A DNA stretch of 43,063 bases from contig CAYUWO010000001.1 of assembly GCA_964448535.1 (NCBI GenBank), positions 1-43,063 on the forward strand, read 5' to 3'. Under the pieces are notes generated by a model. That model made no database searches, was not told the origin of the DNA, and worked only from the letters and a program-made list of their open reading frames with translations. This stretch comes from an uncultured Gammaproteobacteria bacterium (GTDB lineage Bacteria > Cyanobacteriota > Vampirovibrionia > Gastranaerophilales > Gastranaerophilaceae). Positions 17,601 through 26,391 of this stretch are shown here, piece by piece. The position numbers and the translations under genes were made by a program. Every line of letters begins with the position of its first letter. Position 1 is the first letter of the stretch.

Positions 17601-17746
17601 TTAATATTCCTTTTTTGTTTGCAAAATTTATATTACCATAAGAATATAGTTGAAAAAAGACTTAATATTTTGTAACAATTGTGCCTGAAACAGGCATTTA
17701 TTTCATGTTTTTTTAGTTTATTATTGTATAAAAACAAGGGAAAGCC

Positions 17747-18535
17747 ATGCAGAATCAGCTCAATACTCAATATATGCCCCTTCAAAGCCAAACGGCTCCG
17801 GTTCAGCCGCAATATTGCGGTGCGCCATCCTCAAGTGTCGGGGCGGTTAATATCCAAATATATTCTCCGAGTGTTAATCAGCCCGGGTTTTATCAACCCG
17901 CACCATGCGCTCCTTATCCTTGTAATTATAATACTCCGATAAATTATACAAACATGCCGGCTCAAAACTTTAACTATAACAATCAAGGGGCGACAAATCC
18001 TCAAACAGCACCTCAGGCAGCACCTCAAACAGCGCCTCAAACGCCCTCGCAAACCCCTGCGGCTCCTCAAGAGCAGCAAAAGACAGCCGAAAATACGCAG
18101 GCTCAAACAGCCGAAAACGTTACCGATTTATCCGATGAATACATTAAAAAACTTGAAGCTTCTTTAAATTCGCCTGATAAAAACACTCGTATTGCAGGCG
18201 CAAAAGAGCTTTATGACAGATTTAGCGAAGACCCTTCAAGAAAAGAACACCCTGCTTTAACCCCGCTTTTAAATAAAGCCCTTCAAGACCCTTTAAGCAC
18301 GGTTAAATTCTTTGCTTTGACCGCTCTTAATTTAGACCATGCAAAAGGAAACGATGAAACGGTTGAAATCTTAAAAGGGCTTCAATCTTCAAACACCTGC
18401 TACGGCGAGGACGCCAGTTTAGCTTCTCAAATTCTTAATAAGATGAATTCAAATGCCACAGCTCAAACACAGACAAACACTCAAAATTCACAAAATGTAA
18501 ACAATGTAAAGGCTGAAAACCCGCCAATAGCTTGA
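17747..18535 (+). CDS. Hypothetical protein: P/Q/N/Y-rich N-terminus with (x-A-P-Q)n repeats plus a HEAT-like helical-repeat C-terminus
   Basis: Repeat run TAPQAAPQTAPQTPSQTPAAPQ. HEAT/PBS-lyase-like segments DKNTRIAGAKELYDRF and DPLSTVKFFALTALN. It shares an AVNIQI[YF]xP motif with the next gene. Confidence 0.6.
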   Translation: MQNQLNTQYMPLQSQTAPVQPQYCGAPSSSVGAVNIQIYSPSVNQPGFYQPAPCAPYPCNYNTPINYTNMPAQNFNYNNQGATNPQTAPQAAPQTAPQTPSQTPAAPQEQQKTAENTQAQTAENVTDLSDEYIKKLEASLNSPDKNTRIAGAKELYDRFSEDPSRKEHPALTPLLNKALQDPLSTVKFFALTALNLDHAKGNDETVEILKGLQSSNTCYGEDASLASQILNKMNSNATAQTQTNTQNSQNVNNVKAENPPIA

Positions 18536-18634
18536 AAAAATGAAAAACCGTACAAAATTTGTTTCATGCTTGGCAATAAAAAAAATCACGGTACTTATAA
18601 GATATATAGAAACCTAAAAAAGGAGAATTAAAAT

Positions 18635-19813
18635 ATGATGCAAACAGTAGGCACGCCTCAATATTACCCGCAAGCCGCTCCGACAGCGAATGCGGTTAAT
18701 ATACAGATATTTGAGCCTAAGGCGTACGCTGCGCCCCAGACTTCAGGAGTTCAAAACCCGATTTATTCTTATCCGCAGCAGTCTATGTATAATCAGCAAT
18801 CCACATACCCGAGCTATGTACCGCAACAGCCTGTTTATACACCTGTTCCGCAGTATCAAACGACATATCCGCAAGCCCCCGCTCAACAACAGGCTCCGGA
18901 GTCGGTTATTGAACAACAAGGACAACAGTCCGAACCCGTTGCGCAATTCCCGACGGCACAGCCTGCTCCCGAATCTGCCGTTCAGCCCCAGCCGGCTAAT
19001 GTTCAACCTCAGGCAGCGCCGAATGTAGATGTTGTTGAACCAAATCAGCCAAATCAAACAAATGTCGACGTTCAAGGTTTAATTTCAGGGCTTCAATCAA
19101 CCGATAATAAAACTCAGGAAGAGGCAATAACATCAATTGCTTCTCTTTGCCAAGCAGATCCGGTTAGCCAAAGCGCAGTTTTAGATGAAGGCATTTTAAG
19201 CGAGTTAGCAAGAATAGCCGGACAAGACACTTCAGCCCTTGAAGGTCCTTCGGAAGCGCAAATAGCCGCAATTAACAAAGCTGCTTCAGGTGCTCAATTA
19301 ACCCCCGAAGAACAAGCCCTTACCCAACAGCTTGCCCCAAAAACGGCGGCTGATAAAAACAGAGTAATTTCCATGTTTACTCTTGCAATGCTTCAAAAGA
19401 ACCAAAGAGATGAAATAGATAAATATAACCAAAGTCAAGATCAAGCCAACCAGCTGCCCCAAGTAAAAGTTAACGACTTAATCGGATATAACGAAATCGA
19501 AAAAGCCGCAAGAGGGGACAGCGATAAAGAAGTCAAGCTCGCCGCTCTCCAAGCTCTTACATACGTTGCAAGACCGGAAGATAAAGAAACCTTAGAGCCC
19601 GTTTTATTGGCAGCTGCTCAAGACAATGAACCTTTAATTAAACAAGCCGCAGCGGAAGCCTTGAAAACAATCGGAAGCACGGCAATCCCCGAGGAAAAAC
19701 CGCAGGTTGATGTGTCTAAGATGTCAAGAAAAGAAAGAAAGGCTTACAAAGAAGCTCAAAAACAAGCCAAAAAAGAAGCCCAAAAAGAAACAAAAGAAAC
19801 AGCAAAAGCATAA
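18635..19813 (+). CDS. Hypothetical protein, paralog-like neighbour of 17747..18535: P/Q/Y-rich N-terminus plus HEAT-like repeats and a K/E-rich tail
   Basis: Strong SD AAGGAG. NAVNIQIFEP motif. HEAT-like DSDKEVKLAALQALTYV and NEPLIKQAAAEALKTIG. Lys-rich tail KERKAYKEAQKQAKKEAQKETKETAKA. Confidence 0.6.
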   Translation: MMQTVGTPQYYPQAAPTANAVNIQIFEPKAYAAPQTSGVQNPIYSYPQQSMYNQQSTYPSYVPQQPVYTPVPQYQTTYPQAPAQQQAPESVIEQQGQQSEPVAQFPTAQPAPESAVQPQPANVQPQAAPNVDVVEPNQPNQTNVDVQGLISGLQSTDNKTQEEAITSIASLCQADPVSQSAVLDEGILSELARIAGQDTSALEGPSEAQIAAINKAASGAQLTPEEQALTQQLAPKTAADKNRVISMFTLAMLQKNQRDEIDKYNQSQDQANQLPQVKVNDLIGYNEIEKAARGDSDKEVKLAALQALTYVARPEDKETLEPVLLAAAQDNEPLIKQAAAEALKTIGSTAIPEEKPQVDVSKMSRKERKAYKEAQKQAKKEAQKETKETAKA

Positions 19814-19832
19814 AACGCAAACATAATAAACA

Positions 19833-19870
19833 CTAAGAGAGCCGCATATTATGCGGCTCTCTTAGTTATT
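19833..19870 (+). terminator. Intrinsic terminator
   Basis: Stem CTAAGAGAGCCGCAT/ATGCGGCTCTCTTAG (14-15 bp) with a minimal loop, followed by a T-rich stretch. Confidence 0.8.
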
Positions 19871-19934
19871 TAAGCATTTGAAAGCTATAATTTATAACAG
19901 TCGGAAGAGCCCTAAAAAATAATTAAAAAGTTTG

Positions 19935-21098
19935 TTATAAGGTTAAAGGGAATTCAAGAATAAATTCGCTGCCTTTATTTAAAGCGGATTTAAGCTTAAT
20001 TTCTCCTTTATGCAATTTAACAAGCTCTTTTGTAATTGTAAGCCCCAACCCCGTTGAGGAATAAGTTTTTGTGTAAATATTATCAAGTTGGACAAATTTT
20101 TCAAAAATTTTTTTATGATTTTTTTTATCAATGCCTGTCCCAAAATCTTTAATTTTTATTACCGCTTTATTTAACCCCGTTTTTTTATCTTTGATTTTGT
20201 CAGTTTTGATAATAATTTTTCCTCCTTTATGGGAAAATTTTATTGCGTTTCCGATTATATTACAGATAATTTGCCTGAATTTTTGACCGTCAATCATGAT
20301 TTTTTCATTCAACTTAAAAACGGTTTCAATTTGAATTTCTTTTTCCCATTTTAAAGGCTCAATCACGTTTAAAACTTCTTTAATAATTTCATTCGGATAA
20401 TTTAAAACAGGGTTTAATTTAAGAGCGTTCGATTCAAGTTTTGTCATGTCTAAAATGTCGTTAATAAGCCCTGTCAAATGAATTGCAGAAGAGAGTATTT
20501 TATTTGTATAAATTTTTTGCTTTTCATTAAGCTCTCCCGCAACGTTATCTTTTAGTGCGCTTGAAAATCCTATAATTGAATTTAGGGGGGTTCTTAATTC
20601 ATGGGAAATATTGGCAAGAAACTCCGTCCTGATTTTATCGGTTTCAATCAGTTTTTTGTTTTGTTCGCTTAATTTTTCGGCGGCTTGATTTTTTTCTAAA
20701 ACAGCCTGTTGTAAAATTAAAAGCTGAGATTGAAAAATTTTGGATATTTCAAAATCTTTAATTTTAGAAGCAAGAACCTCGCCCATATCTTTTAATTTTT
20801 TCTTTTCCTGCCGGCTGAAAGAGCTTTTTCTTGCGGCTAAAATATATCCGACATTTTCATTTTGCATTTTTAAGGGCATTTTTATCTTACACGAGTTTTT
20901 TTCTTTATTCGATAAAAACGTTCTGTCAAAGTCTTTATCAAAAAAGAACTCAAAATGAAGGTTCTTTTTATAAAAAATTCCGCCGTATGCAAAGTCTACT
21001 TTGTTTTTTAATTCTAAAAGGCATGTGTAATAAAAAGAATCATCCCTGTTTTTTGTATTAAAAAAAGCGGATGTAATTAAGCCATTTTCCATAACCAT
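19935..21098 (-). CDS. Soluble sensor histidine kinase (no TM segment; about 110-aa N-terminal sensory domain, coiled coil, HisKA, HATPase_c)
   Basis: H-box ISHELRTPLNSIIGF, N-box IIGNAIKFS, G1 IKDFGTGI, G2 GLGLTITKELV. No hydrophobic helix in the N-terminal part. Confidence 0.9.
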   Translation of the reverse strand: MVMENGLITSAFFNTKNRDDSFYYTCLLELKNKVDFAYGGIFYKKNLHFEFFFDKDFDRTFLSNKEKNSCKIKMPLKMQNENVGYILAARKSSFSRQEKKKLKDMGEVLASKIKDFEISKIFQSQLLILQQAVLEKNQAAEKLSEQNKKLIETDKIRTEFLANISHELRTPLNSIIGFSSALKDNVAGELNEKQKIYTNKILSSAIHLTGLINDILDMTKLESNALKLNPVLNYPNEIIKEVLNVIEPLKWEKEIQIETVFKLNEKIMIDGQKFRQIICNIIGNAIKFSHKGGKIIIKTDKIKDKKTGLNKAVIKIKDFGTGIDKKNHKKIFEKFVQLDNIYTKTYSSTGLGLTITKELVKLHKGEIKLKSALNKGSEFILEFPLTL

Positions 21099-21133
21099 AA
21101 TTATATTCCGCCTTTAAATATTTGTAAAAAATG

Positions 21134-21658
21134 TTAAATACTTAACTTGTATCCGCCTTTTACAGCGTTTTGCAAAACATCTTCCGCAATTTTTGCCCTT
21201 AAATTTTTAATATATTTATAAACGTAATCGGTCGGAAGATTTAAAATTTTAGCTAAATCTTTTGCATAAACTATAACGTCCATGTTGTTCATAAAATGGT
21301 CTAAAACTTTTTGTTCCCTTTCAGTCAGGGGTTTATTAAAGTTTAGCCTTCTTGTTTTATTTTTGTTTGAAACTTCAACATACATTTTGTTGTTTTGCTG
21401 TTGTTGAGGCGATTTTTCCTTTTTAGGCTTTTCCATTGGCTTTTTAACAGCCTCAATAACGTTTTCTTCCGGTTTTTCAACCGGTTTAACATCAGAAATA
21501 TATCTTGATGTTGAGTTTGATAAAACAAGGTCGACTATGTCGTTTGTTTGTTTTTCGCCTTTTATTGCTTTGCCCAGTCTTCTTGCATATTCTTCAAGGG
21601 TAATTCTTTCTAAAGAACTTCTCCAATGTTTAATTTCTTCTTTGCTTAAATATTCCAT
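21134..21658 (-). CDS. DNA-binding protein with a C-terminal OmpR/PhoB-type winged-helix domain and no receiver domain
   Basis: The C-terminal 70 aa, LTEREQKVLDHFMNNMDVIVYAKDLAKILNLPTDYVYKYIKNLRAKIAEDVLQNAVKGGYKLSI, follow the Trans_reg_C pattern (LTxxExxxL...V..YI..LR.KI....I..V.G.GY.L). The N-terminus is a 60-aa helical segment plus a K/E/P/Q linker. No DD...D...K receiver signature. Confidence 0.6.
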   Translation of the reverse strand: MEYLSKEEIKHWRSSLERITLEEYARRLGKAIKGEKQTNDIVDLVLSNSTSRYISDVKPVEKPEENVIEAVKKPMEKPKKEKSPQQQQNNKMYVEVSNKNKTRRLNFNKPLTEREQKVLDHFMNNMDVIVYAKDLAKILNLPTDYVYKYIKNLRAKIAEDVLQNAVKGGYKLSI

Positions 21659-21819
21659 TTCATTAACTTCCCCATAAGAAATAATTCCGATACCTTTTAT
21701 TTATACCACGCTGAATATTCAAAAATCACAAAATATTTTCTAATGTAAAAATTAATTTTTTCTATTGACAAATCATTTTTTAAGTTTTTCAAAAATGATA
21801 AAGGCATGTAAAACAGGGC

Positions 21820-22776
21820 TTAACGTTCATATAAGCGGCATGCCACGCTTGAGCCGTCTTGCTGCTTTATAAGAGAAAAAAGTTTTTTGCCGCATATTTC
21901 TTGAGCAAAATCGCACCTTTTATGAAATTCACACCCCTCTATAATCTCCGTTATCGGGGCGGGAGAACCTTTTATGTTTTTCAATTTTTTTTCTTTTGAA
22001 TATGGGAGAGAAGCTATAAGCGCCTTGGTATAAGGGTGTTTTGGGTTTTTAAAAAGCGTTTTTGCGCTTGCGCTTTCAACGATTCTGCCCGTATACATTA
22101 TTGAAATGTAATCCGCATACTTATTTACGACTCCTAAATCATGTGAAATCAAAATAATCGACTTCCCCCGTTTTTTAATATCTTCAAGAAGGTCTAAAAT
22201 TTGAGATTGAACCGTAACATCAAGCGCCGTTGTGGGTTCATCGGCTATAATAATATCAGGGTCAAGGCTAAGCGCAATCGCTATGATAATGCGCTGTTTC
22301 AGCCCGCCCGAGAGCTCATGCGGATATACCCTTAATTTTTTTTCAGGTTCGTTAATATTGACGTCTTTTAAATATTTAAGCGCAATTTCAACGGCTTCTT
22401 TTTTTGTAACGTTTTTATGCGCAACTATAGCTTCCGTCATTTGTTCTCGGACGGTTAAAAGCGGGTTTAGGCTTGTCATGGGGTCTTGCGGCACAAGGGC
22501 AATTTTATTCCCCCTGATTTTATTCATCTCGTCTTCTTTTAGGGTTAAAAGATTTTGATTGTTAAATAAAATCTCTCCCGATAAAATTTTTGCGTTTTTT
22601 GGCAAAAGCCTTATTATGCTCATAACGCTTGCCGTTTTGCCGGAGCCCGATTCCCCGATAACAGAATATATTGTGCCTTTTTCAAGGCTAAATGAGAGGT
22701 CTTTTACCGCAGGATAGAATATATCATCTATCATAAACCCGAGGTTTAAATTTTTAACTTCTAAAAGCATATTCAT
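21820..22776 (-). CDS. ABC transporter ATP-binding protein, oligopeptide/dipeptide (OppD/DppD) type, with no permease or binding protein nearby
   Basis: Walker A GESGSGKT, signature LSGGLKQR, Walker B IIIADEPTTALD. C-terminal oligopeptide-type extension HPYTKALI...CEFHKRCDFAQEIC...VAC. Confidence 0.85.
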   Translation of the reverse strand: MNMLLEVKNLNLGFMIDDIFYPAVKDLSFSLEKGTIYSVIGESGSGKTASVMSIIRLLPKNAKILSGEILFNNQNLLTLKEDEMNKIRGNKIALVPQDPMTSLNPLLTVREQMTEAIVAHKNVTKKEAVEIALKYLKDVNINEPEKKLRVYPHELSGGLKQRIIIAIALSLDPDIIIADEPTTALDVTVQSQILDLLEDIKKRGKSIILISHDLGVVNKYADYISIMYTGRIVESASAKTLFKNPKHPYTKALIASLPYSKEKKLKNIKGSPAPITEIIEGCEFHKRCDFAQEICGKKLFSLIKQQDGSSVACRLYER

Positions 22777-22830
22777 TTAAAAAATTATAACATCTATCAA
22801 ATATTAAACAATATAACCCACGGGGGTACC

Positions 22831-23997
22831 TTATTTAACCGCCGCATTCTTTTCGTCGGACGCTTTCTTTTCATTTATTAATTTTAATTTTTGTTTTTTT
22901 CTTCTCATTAAGTCAACAAAAGCTTCAAGCCTTGTTAAATATCCCGCTTTTCCCGTTTGTTCATCCATAATTAACGATAAAATCGGAATGTTAACATCCT
23001 CTCTCATCTTTGGGAAAATATTCTGACTCATAATTTCAGGCATGCATGTAAATGGCGAAACATGAATTAACCCGTCCGAGCCTCTTTCTTTAGCATACAT
23101 AACATCCGATACGCATTCAAGAGCGTCCCCGCCTATATCTCTCATAAGGTAAGGTTTTGCAAGGCGAAAAGCTCGTTCGAGGTGGGTTTCGCCTTTTTTG
23201 CACATTTTTGGAATTATTGCGTCTTTTAAAAATCCGGAAACCGTCAGGCTCCTTCTTGTTTGAACCCCCATTTTCCCAAGCTCTTTTTCAATGTTTTGGT
23301 TTGAAAAGCTGTCCAGTACAAGGAAAATCTCTCCGGTTAAATCAACATGCAAAACATCTCTTTCAGGGTCAATCTTTACGTTTGAAATTTCTCTTAAGCC
23401 TTCCTTTAAAGCTTTTTTCAAATCTCTTGTCGTGTCTGCGTTATCTATTAATTTAAGGGCTTTTTTATAAGCCTTTTCGCTGTCCCCCGTTTTAATCTCG
23501 CGGGCTCTGTAGTAAGAATAAAAATTTTCAACTTCATCAATTGCAAAAACTTTTCTGACGGCTATGTTTATCGCCCTTATAATAGTAATCGGGTTCCTGT
23601 TTCCGGTAAGGTTAACAAGAAAATCCCACATGCCCTTGAATCCGTTATACAGATTTAATTCTATAAAATTCGCGTCATATCCCAAATCAGCCAAAACATT
23701 TTTTATGCTTTTTCCGTATTCTCCAAGCCTGCAAATACCGGGGGATGTAATCATTGCGACATAATCCGCCCCGCCTTCGATAGCTTCCATAAAGTTTCCC
23801 AATATTAATTTATAAGGAAGGCAGATTGCCTCGGGGGAATTTTTTGTTCCCATGGAAAGAGTTTTTTTGCTTGTATAGGGCGGAACAAAGGGCTCAATTC
23901 CCATTTTTCTGAGCGCAGCGCTCCAGCAAATTGAAATTGTTCCCATGTGCGGGAAGGCGACTTTTATAGGTTTTTTATCCTCTGTTTTTTTTCTCAA
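22831..23997 (-). CDS. Acyl-CoA dehydratase activase-related protein (DUF2229-like), assignment from memory
   Basis: TTG start with strong SD AAGGAG 7 nt upstream. Segments AFPHMG, CLPYKL, ITSPGICRLGEYG, GGDALECV, HVSPFTCMPE and DEQTGKAGYLTRLEAFVDL resemble that family. No BcrA/HgdC-type ATPase domain is present. Confidence 0.5.
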   Translation of the reverse strand: MRKKTEDKKPIKVAFPHMGTISICWSAALRKMGIEPFVPPYTSKKTLSMGTKNSPEAICLPYKLILGNFMEAIEGGADYVAMITSPGICRLGEYGKSIKNVLADLGYDANFIELNLYNGFKGMWDFLVNLTGNRNPITIIRAINIAVRKVFAIDEVENFYSYYRAREIKTGDSEKAYKKALKLIDNADTTRDLKKALKEGLREISNVKIDPERDVLHVDLTGEIFLVLDSFSNQNIEKELGKMGVQTRRSLTVSGFLKDAIIPKMCKKGETHLERAFRLAKPYLMRDIGGDALECVSDVMYAKERGSDGLIHVSPFTCMPEIMSQNIFPKMREDVNIPILSLIMDEQTGKAGYLTRLEAFVDLMRRKKQKLKLINEKKASDEKNAAVK

Positions 23998-24192
23998 AAC
24001 TCCGCTCCTTTAATAACCAGAATATTTTACATTAAAAAATAATATTTTGAAAGTCCATTTTAAAACTTGATTTCTCCCTTTCTTTATAGTAGTTTTTGAT
24101 TAAGATTTGAATATTTCGTATGGGTAAACCAGCCAAACCATAGTGGCAGAAATTCAAGTCTTTATGTGTTAGAAAAATTGAAAGGAAAAACT

Positions 24193-24975
24193 ATGGCAAT
24201 TGATTTAGTTGAATTATTGGACGCAGGTGTACATTTCGGACACCAAACCCAAAAATGGAACCCCAAAATGAAACCTTATATTTTCGGGGCAAAAAACGGA
24301 ATTTATATTCTTGATTTAAGAAAAACCGCAGAAAAATTGGAAGCTGCTTATAACGTTGTAAGAGAATTTGCCGCAAAGGGCAAAAACGTTTTATTTGTCG
24401 GCACTAAAAAACAGGCGGCTGATGTTGTTGCGCAGGAAGCCTTAAGAGCCGGAGCTTACTATGTAAACAGAAGATGGCTTGGCGGCATGATGACAAACTT
24501 TGAAACAATCAGAGCAAGAGTTAACAAATTAAGAGAGCTTGAAAACTTTATGGAGTCAGGACATGCGGCTAAACTTCCCAAAAAAGAAGTTGCACAATTA
24601 AACAGACAGCTTGCAAAACTCTCCAAAACTTTAGGCGGCATTAAAGAAATGAAAGGCATGCCTGACATTATATTTGTTGTTGACCAAGGCAAAGAGCTTA
24701 TCGCAATTAAAGAAGCAAATAAATTAAATATACCCGTTATCTGCCTTGCAGACACAAACGCCGACCCTGACGGCGTTGACTATTTAATTCCGGGTAATGA
24801 TGATGCGATAAGAAGCATTAAGCTCGTGTCCTCAAAAATTGCAGACGCCGTGCTTGAAGGTAAAGAATTAAGAGCAAACAAAGCGACTGCGGGCAAAATT
24901 GAAAAAATTGACGCAAAAGACGCCGGCGTTGAAGAAAACGAAAACGAAGAAACAAAAGAAGAAGTAAAGGCATAA
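24193..24975 (+). CDS. rpsB: 30S ribosomal protein S2
   Basis: [26 protein letters not shown]. The ATG at 24193 has SD AAAGGA, so I prefer it over the upstream GTG at 24166 used by the ORF track. Confidence 0.95.
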   Translation: MAIDLVELLDAGVHFGHQTQKWNPKMKPYIFGAKNGIYILDLRKTAEKLEAAYNVVREFAAKGKNVLFVGTKKQAADVVAQEALRAGAYYVNRRWLGGMMTNFETIRARVNKLRELENFMESGHAAKLPKKEVAQLNRQLAKLSKTLGGIKEMKGMPDIIFVVDQGKELIAIKEANKLNIPVICLADTNADPDGVDYLIPGNDDAIRSIKLVSSKIADAVLEGKELRANKATAGKIEKIDAKDAGVEENENEETKEEVKA

Positions 24976-24987
24976 ATTCACAATATA

Positions 24988-25014
24988 AAGGTAAAAAAGA
25001 GTTCTTTTTACCTT
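24988..25014 (+). promoter_or_regulatory. Stable hairpin in the rpsB-tsf spacer (possible partial terminator or processing site)
   Basis: AAGGTAAAAA/TTTTTACCTT, a 10-bp stem with a 7-nt loop and no trailing T-run. It lies just upstream of the tsf SD AAGGAG. Confidence 0.5.
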
Positions 25015-25033
25015 AAATTAAGGAGAAAAAATT

Positions 25034-25915
25034 ATGGAAATTAAAGCCTCAATGGTAAAAGAATTGAGAGATAAGACGGGCGCCGGCATGATGGACGCCA
25101 AAAAAGCCCTTGTTGAAGCAAACGGGGATATGGCTAAGGCAAGTGAAATTTTAAGACAAAAGGGAATAGCCTCCGCCGATAAAAAAATGGGCAGAATTGC
25201 TGCGGAAGGCGTTGTTTCAACATATATTTACGGCAAAACAGGCGCTATGGTTGAAGTTAACTGTGAAACGGATTTCGTTGCCAAAAACGAAGGGTTTAAG
25301 GAACTGGCAAACATTGTCGCAAAGGCTATTGCCGATAACAACCCTAAAAATGTTGAAGAATTAAACACATTTAAACTTAAAGACGGAACCACCGTTGAAG
25401 ATTACATTAAAACTCAAATTGCCAAAATCGGCGAAAAAATCACAATCAGAAGGTTTGTCAAATACGATGATAATAACGTTGTAGCAAGCTATGTTCATAA
25501 CGGCAAAATTGGCGTCTTGCTTGAAGTTAAGGCAAACGCTGAAGGGGATGAAACAAATGTAATTGCAAAAGATATCTGTTTACACATAGCATCTTCGGCT
25601 CCTGAATTTGTTTCAAGAGAGCAGATTCCTGCTGATGTTATCGCCGAAGAAAAGAGAATCGAAATGGGCAAAGAGGATCTTGCCAAAAAGCCCGAAAACA
25701 TTCGGGAAAAAATTGTCGAAGGGAGAATTAACAAATTAATGGCTTCAAGGTGCCTTATGGAGCAGCCTTTTGTCAAAAACCCCGATGAAACAATAGGACA
25801 GTTAATTCAGGGCAAAATGAGCATTGTTAAATTTGAAAGGTATGTTCTTGGAGAAGGTTTGGAAAAAAGGCAGGATAACTTCGCACAAGAAGTAATGAGT
25901 CAAATAAAAGGGTAG
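25034..25915 (+). CDS. tsf: Elongation factor Ts
   Basis: MVKELRDKTGAGMMDAKKALVEANGDM and VEVNCETDFVAKNE. Confidence 0.95.
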   Translation: MEIKASMVKELRDKTGAGMMDAKKALVEANGDMAKASEILRQKGIASADKKMGRIAAEGVVSTYIYGKTGAMVEVNCETDFVAKNEGFKELANIVAKAIADNNPKNVEELNTFKLKDGTTVEDYIKTQIAKIGEKITIRRFVKYDDNNVVASYVHNGKIGVLLEVKANAEGDETNVIAKDICLHIASSAPEFVSREQIPADVIAEEKRIEMGKEDLAKKPENIREKIVEGRINKLMASRCLMEQPFVKNPDETIGQLIQGKMSIVKFERYVLGEGLEKRQDNFAQEVMSQIKG

Positions 25916-25923
25916 TGCAAACA

Positions 25924-25965
25924 ATTAATAAGTCGGGTTTTATAATTAAGACCCGACTTATTAAT
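25924..25965. terminator. Bidirectional intrinsic terminator (tsf / XRE gene)
   Basis: ATTAATAAGTCGGGT...ACCCGACTTATTAAT, a long stem flanked by A/T runs. Confidence 0.8.
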
Positions 25966-25999
25966 TTTAAATATTTTTAAAGCCCGATTCTGATTGGTT

Positions 26000-26317
26000 T
26001 TAATGACTTAGCGCACTTGCAACTTTATATATGACTTTTACAAGTTCGGGCTTATCTTTTATGATGTCGACAATTTCATCCGTTAAATCTTCTTTTGAAT
26101 TTTCAATGGTTTCAAAATTAAATAAAACAGCCGGTTTAATATTTAAAGTTTGACAAATAAGCTCAAGCGTATCCGCCGACACAAAATTCCCCCCGAGCTC
26201 AATTTGGCTTAAACTTTTTGGTGAAATACCGATTTTCTCAGACAGTTCTTCTTGTGTTAAACCGTACATTAGCCTTAGCTCACGGACTCTTTTTCCAAAA
26301 TTTTTTTTAATATCCAT
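26000..26317 (-). CDS. XRE-family helix-turn-helix transcriptional regulator, 105 aa
   Basis: FGKRVRELRLMYGLTQEELSEKIGISPKSLSQIELGGNFVSADTLELICQTLNI is a classic Cro/CI-type HTH. No SD precedes the ATG. Confidence 0.85.
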   Translation of the reverse strand: MDIKKNFGKRVRELRLMYGLTQEELSEKIGISPKSLSQIELGGNFVSADTLELICQTLNIKPAVLFNFETIENSKEDLTDEIVDIIKDKPELVKVIYKVASALSH

Positions 26318-26323
26318 TTTATA

Positions 26324-26352
26324 ATTTTATTCAATTTTTGAATATAGTGAAA
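26324..26352 (-). promoter_or_regulatory. Candidate promoter of the XRE gene, positioned for a leaderless mRNA
   Basis: On the minus strand: TTTCAC, a 17-nt spacer, TAAAAT, then 6 nt (TATAAA) to the ATG. This puts the expected transcription start at or next to the start codon. Confidence 0.35.
26329..26343. promoter_or_regulatory. Perfect inverted repeat ATTCAA-N3-TTGAAT, candidate operator
   Basis: Read directly. It lies inside the spacer of the candidate XRE promoter and upstream of the divergent promoter. Confidence 0.3.
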
Positions 26353-26356
26353 CCTC

Positions 26357-26385
26357 TTTACAGTAGAATAATTATAGGTTATAAT
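26357..26385 (+). promoter_or_regulatory. Near-consensus sigma-70 promoter divergent from the XRE gene
   Basis: TTTACA (26357-26362), a 17-nt spacer, then TATAAT (26380-26385). Confidence 0.5.
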
Positions 26386-26391
26386 AGATAA

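Noticed and set aside
18690-19075. ORFs 18690..19028 (+) and 18743..19075 (-) inside the P/Q-rich gene, and 17831..18106 (-) inside its neighbour
   Set aside because: These are alternative frames of a low-complexity Pro/Gln/Ala-coding repeat. Their Arg/Leu-rich products are artefacts of the repeat composition.
24166-24192. Upstream alternative starts proposed by the ORF track (rpsB GTG 24166, hup 34571, 13517 for the era-downstream ORF, TTG 38080 for the transglycosylase)
   Set aside because: In each case a downstream ATG has a proper SD or an ATGA coupling, and it gives an N-terminus matching the family consensus.
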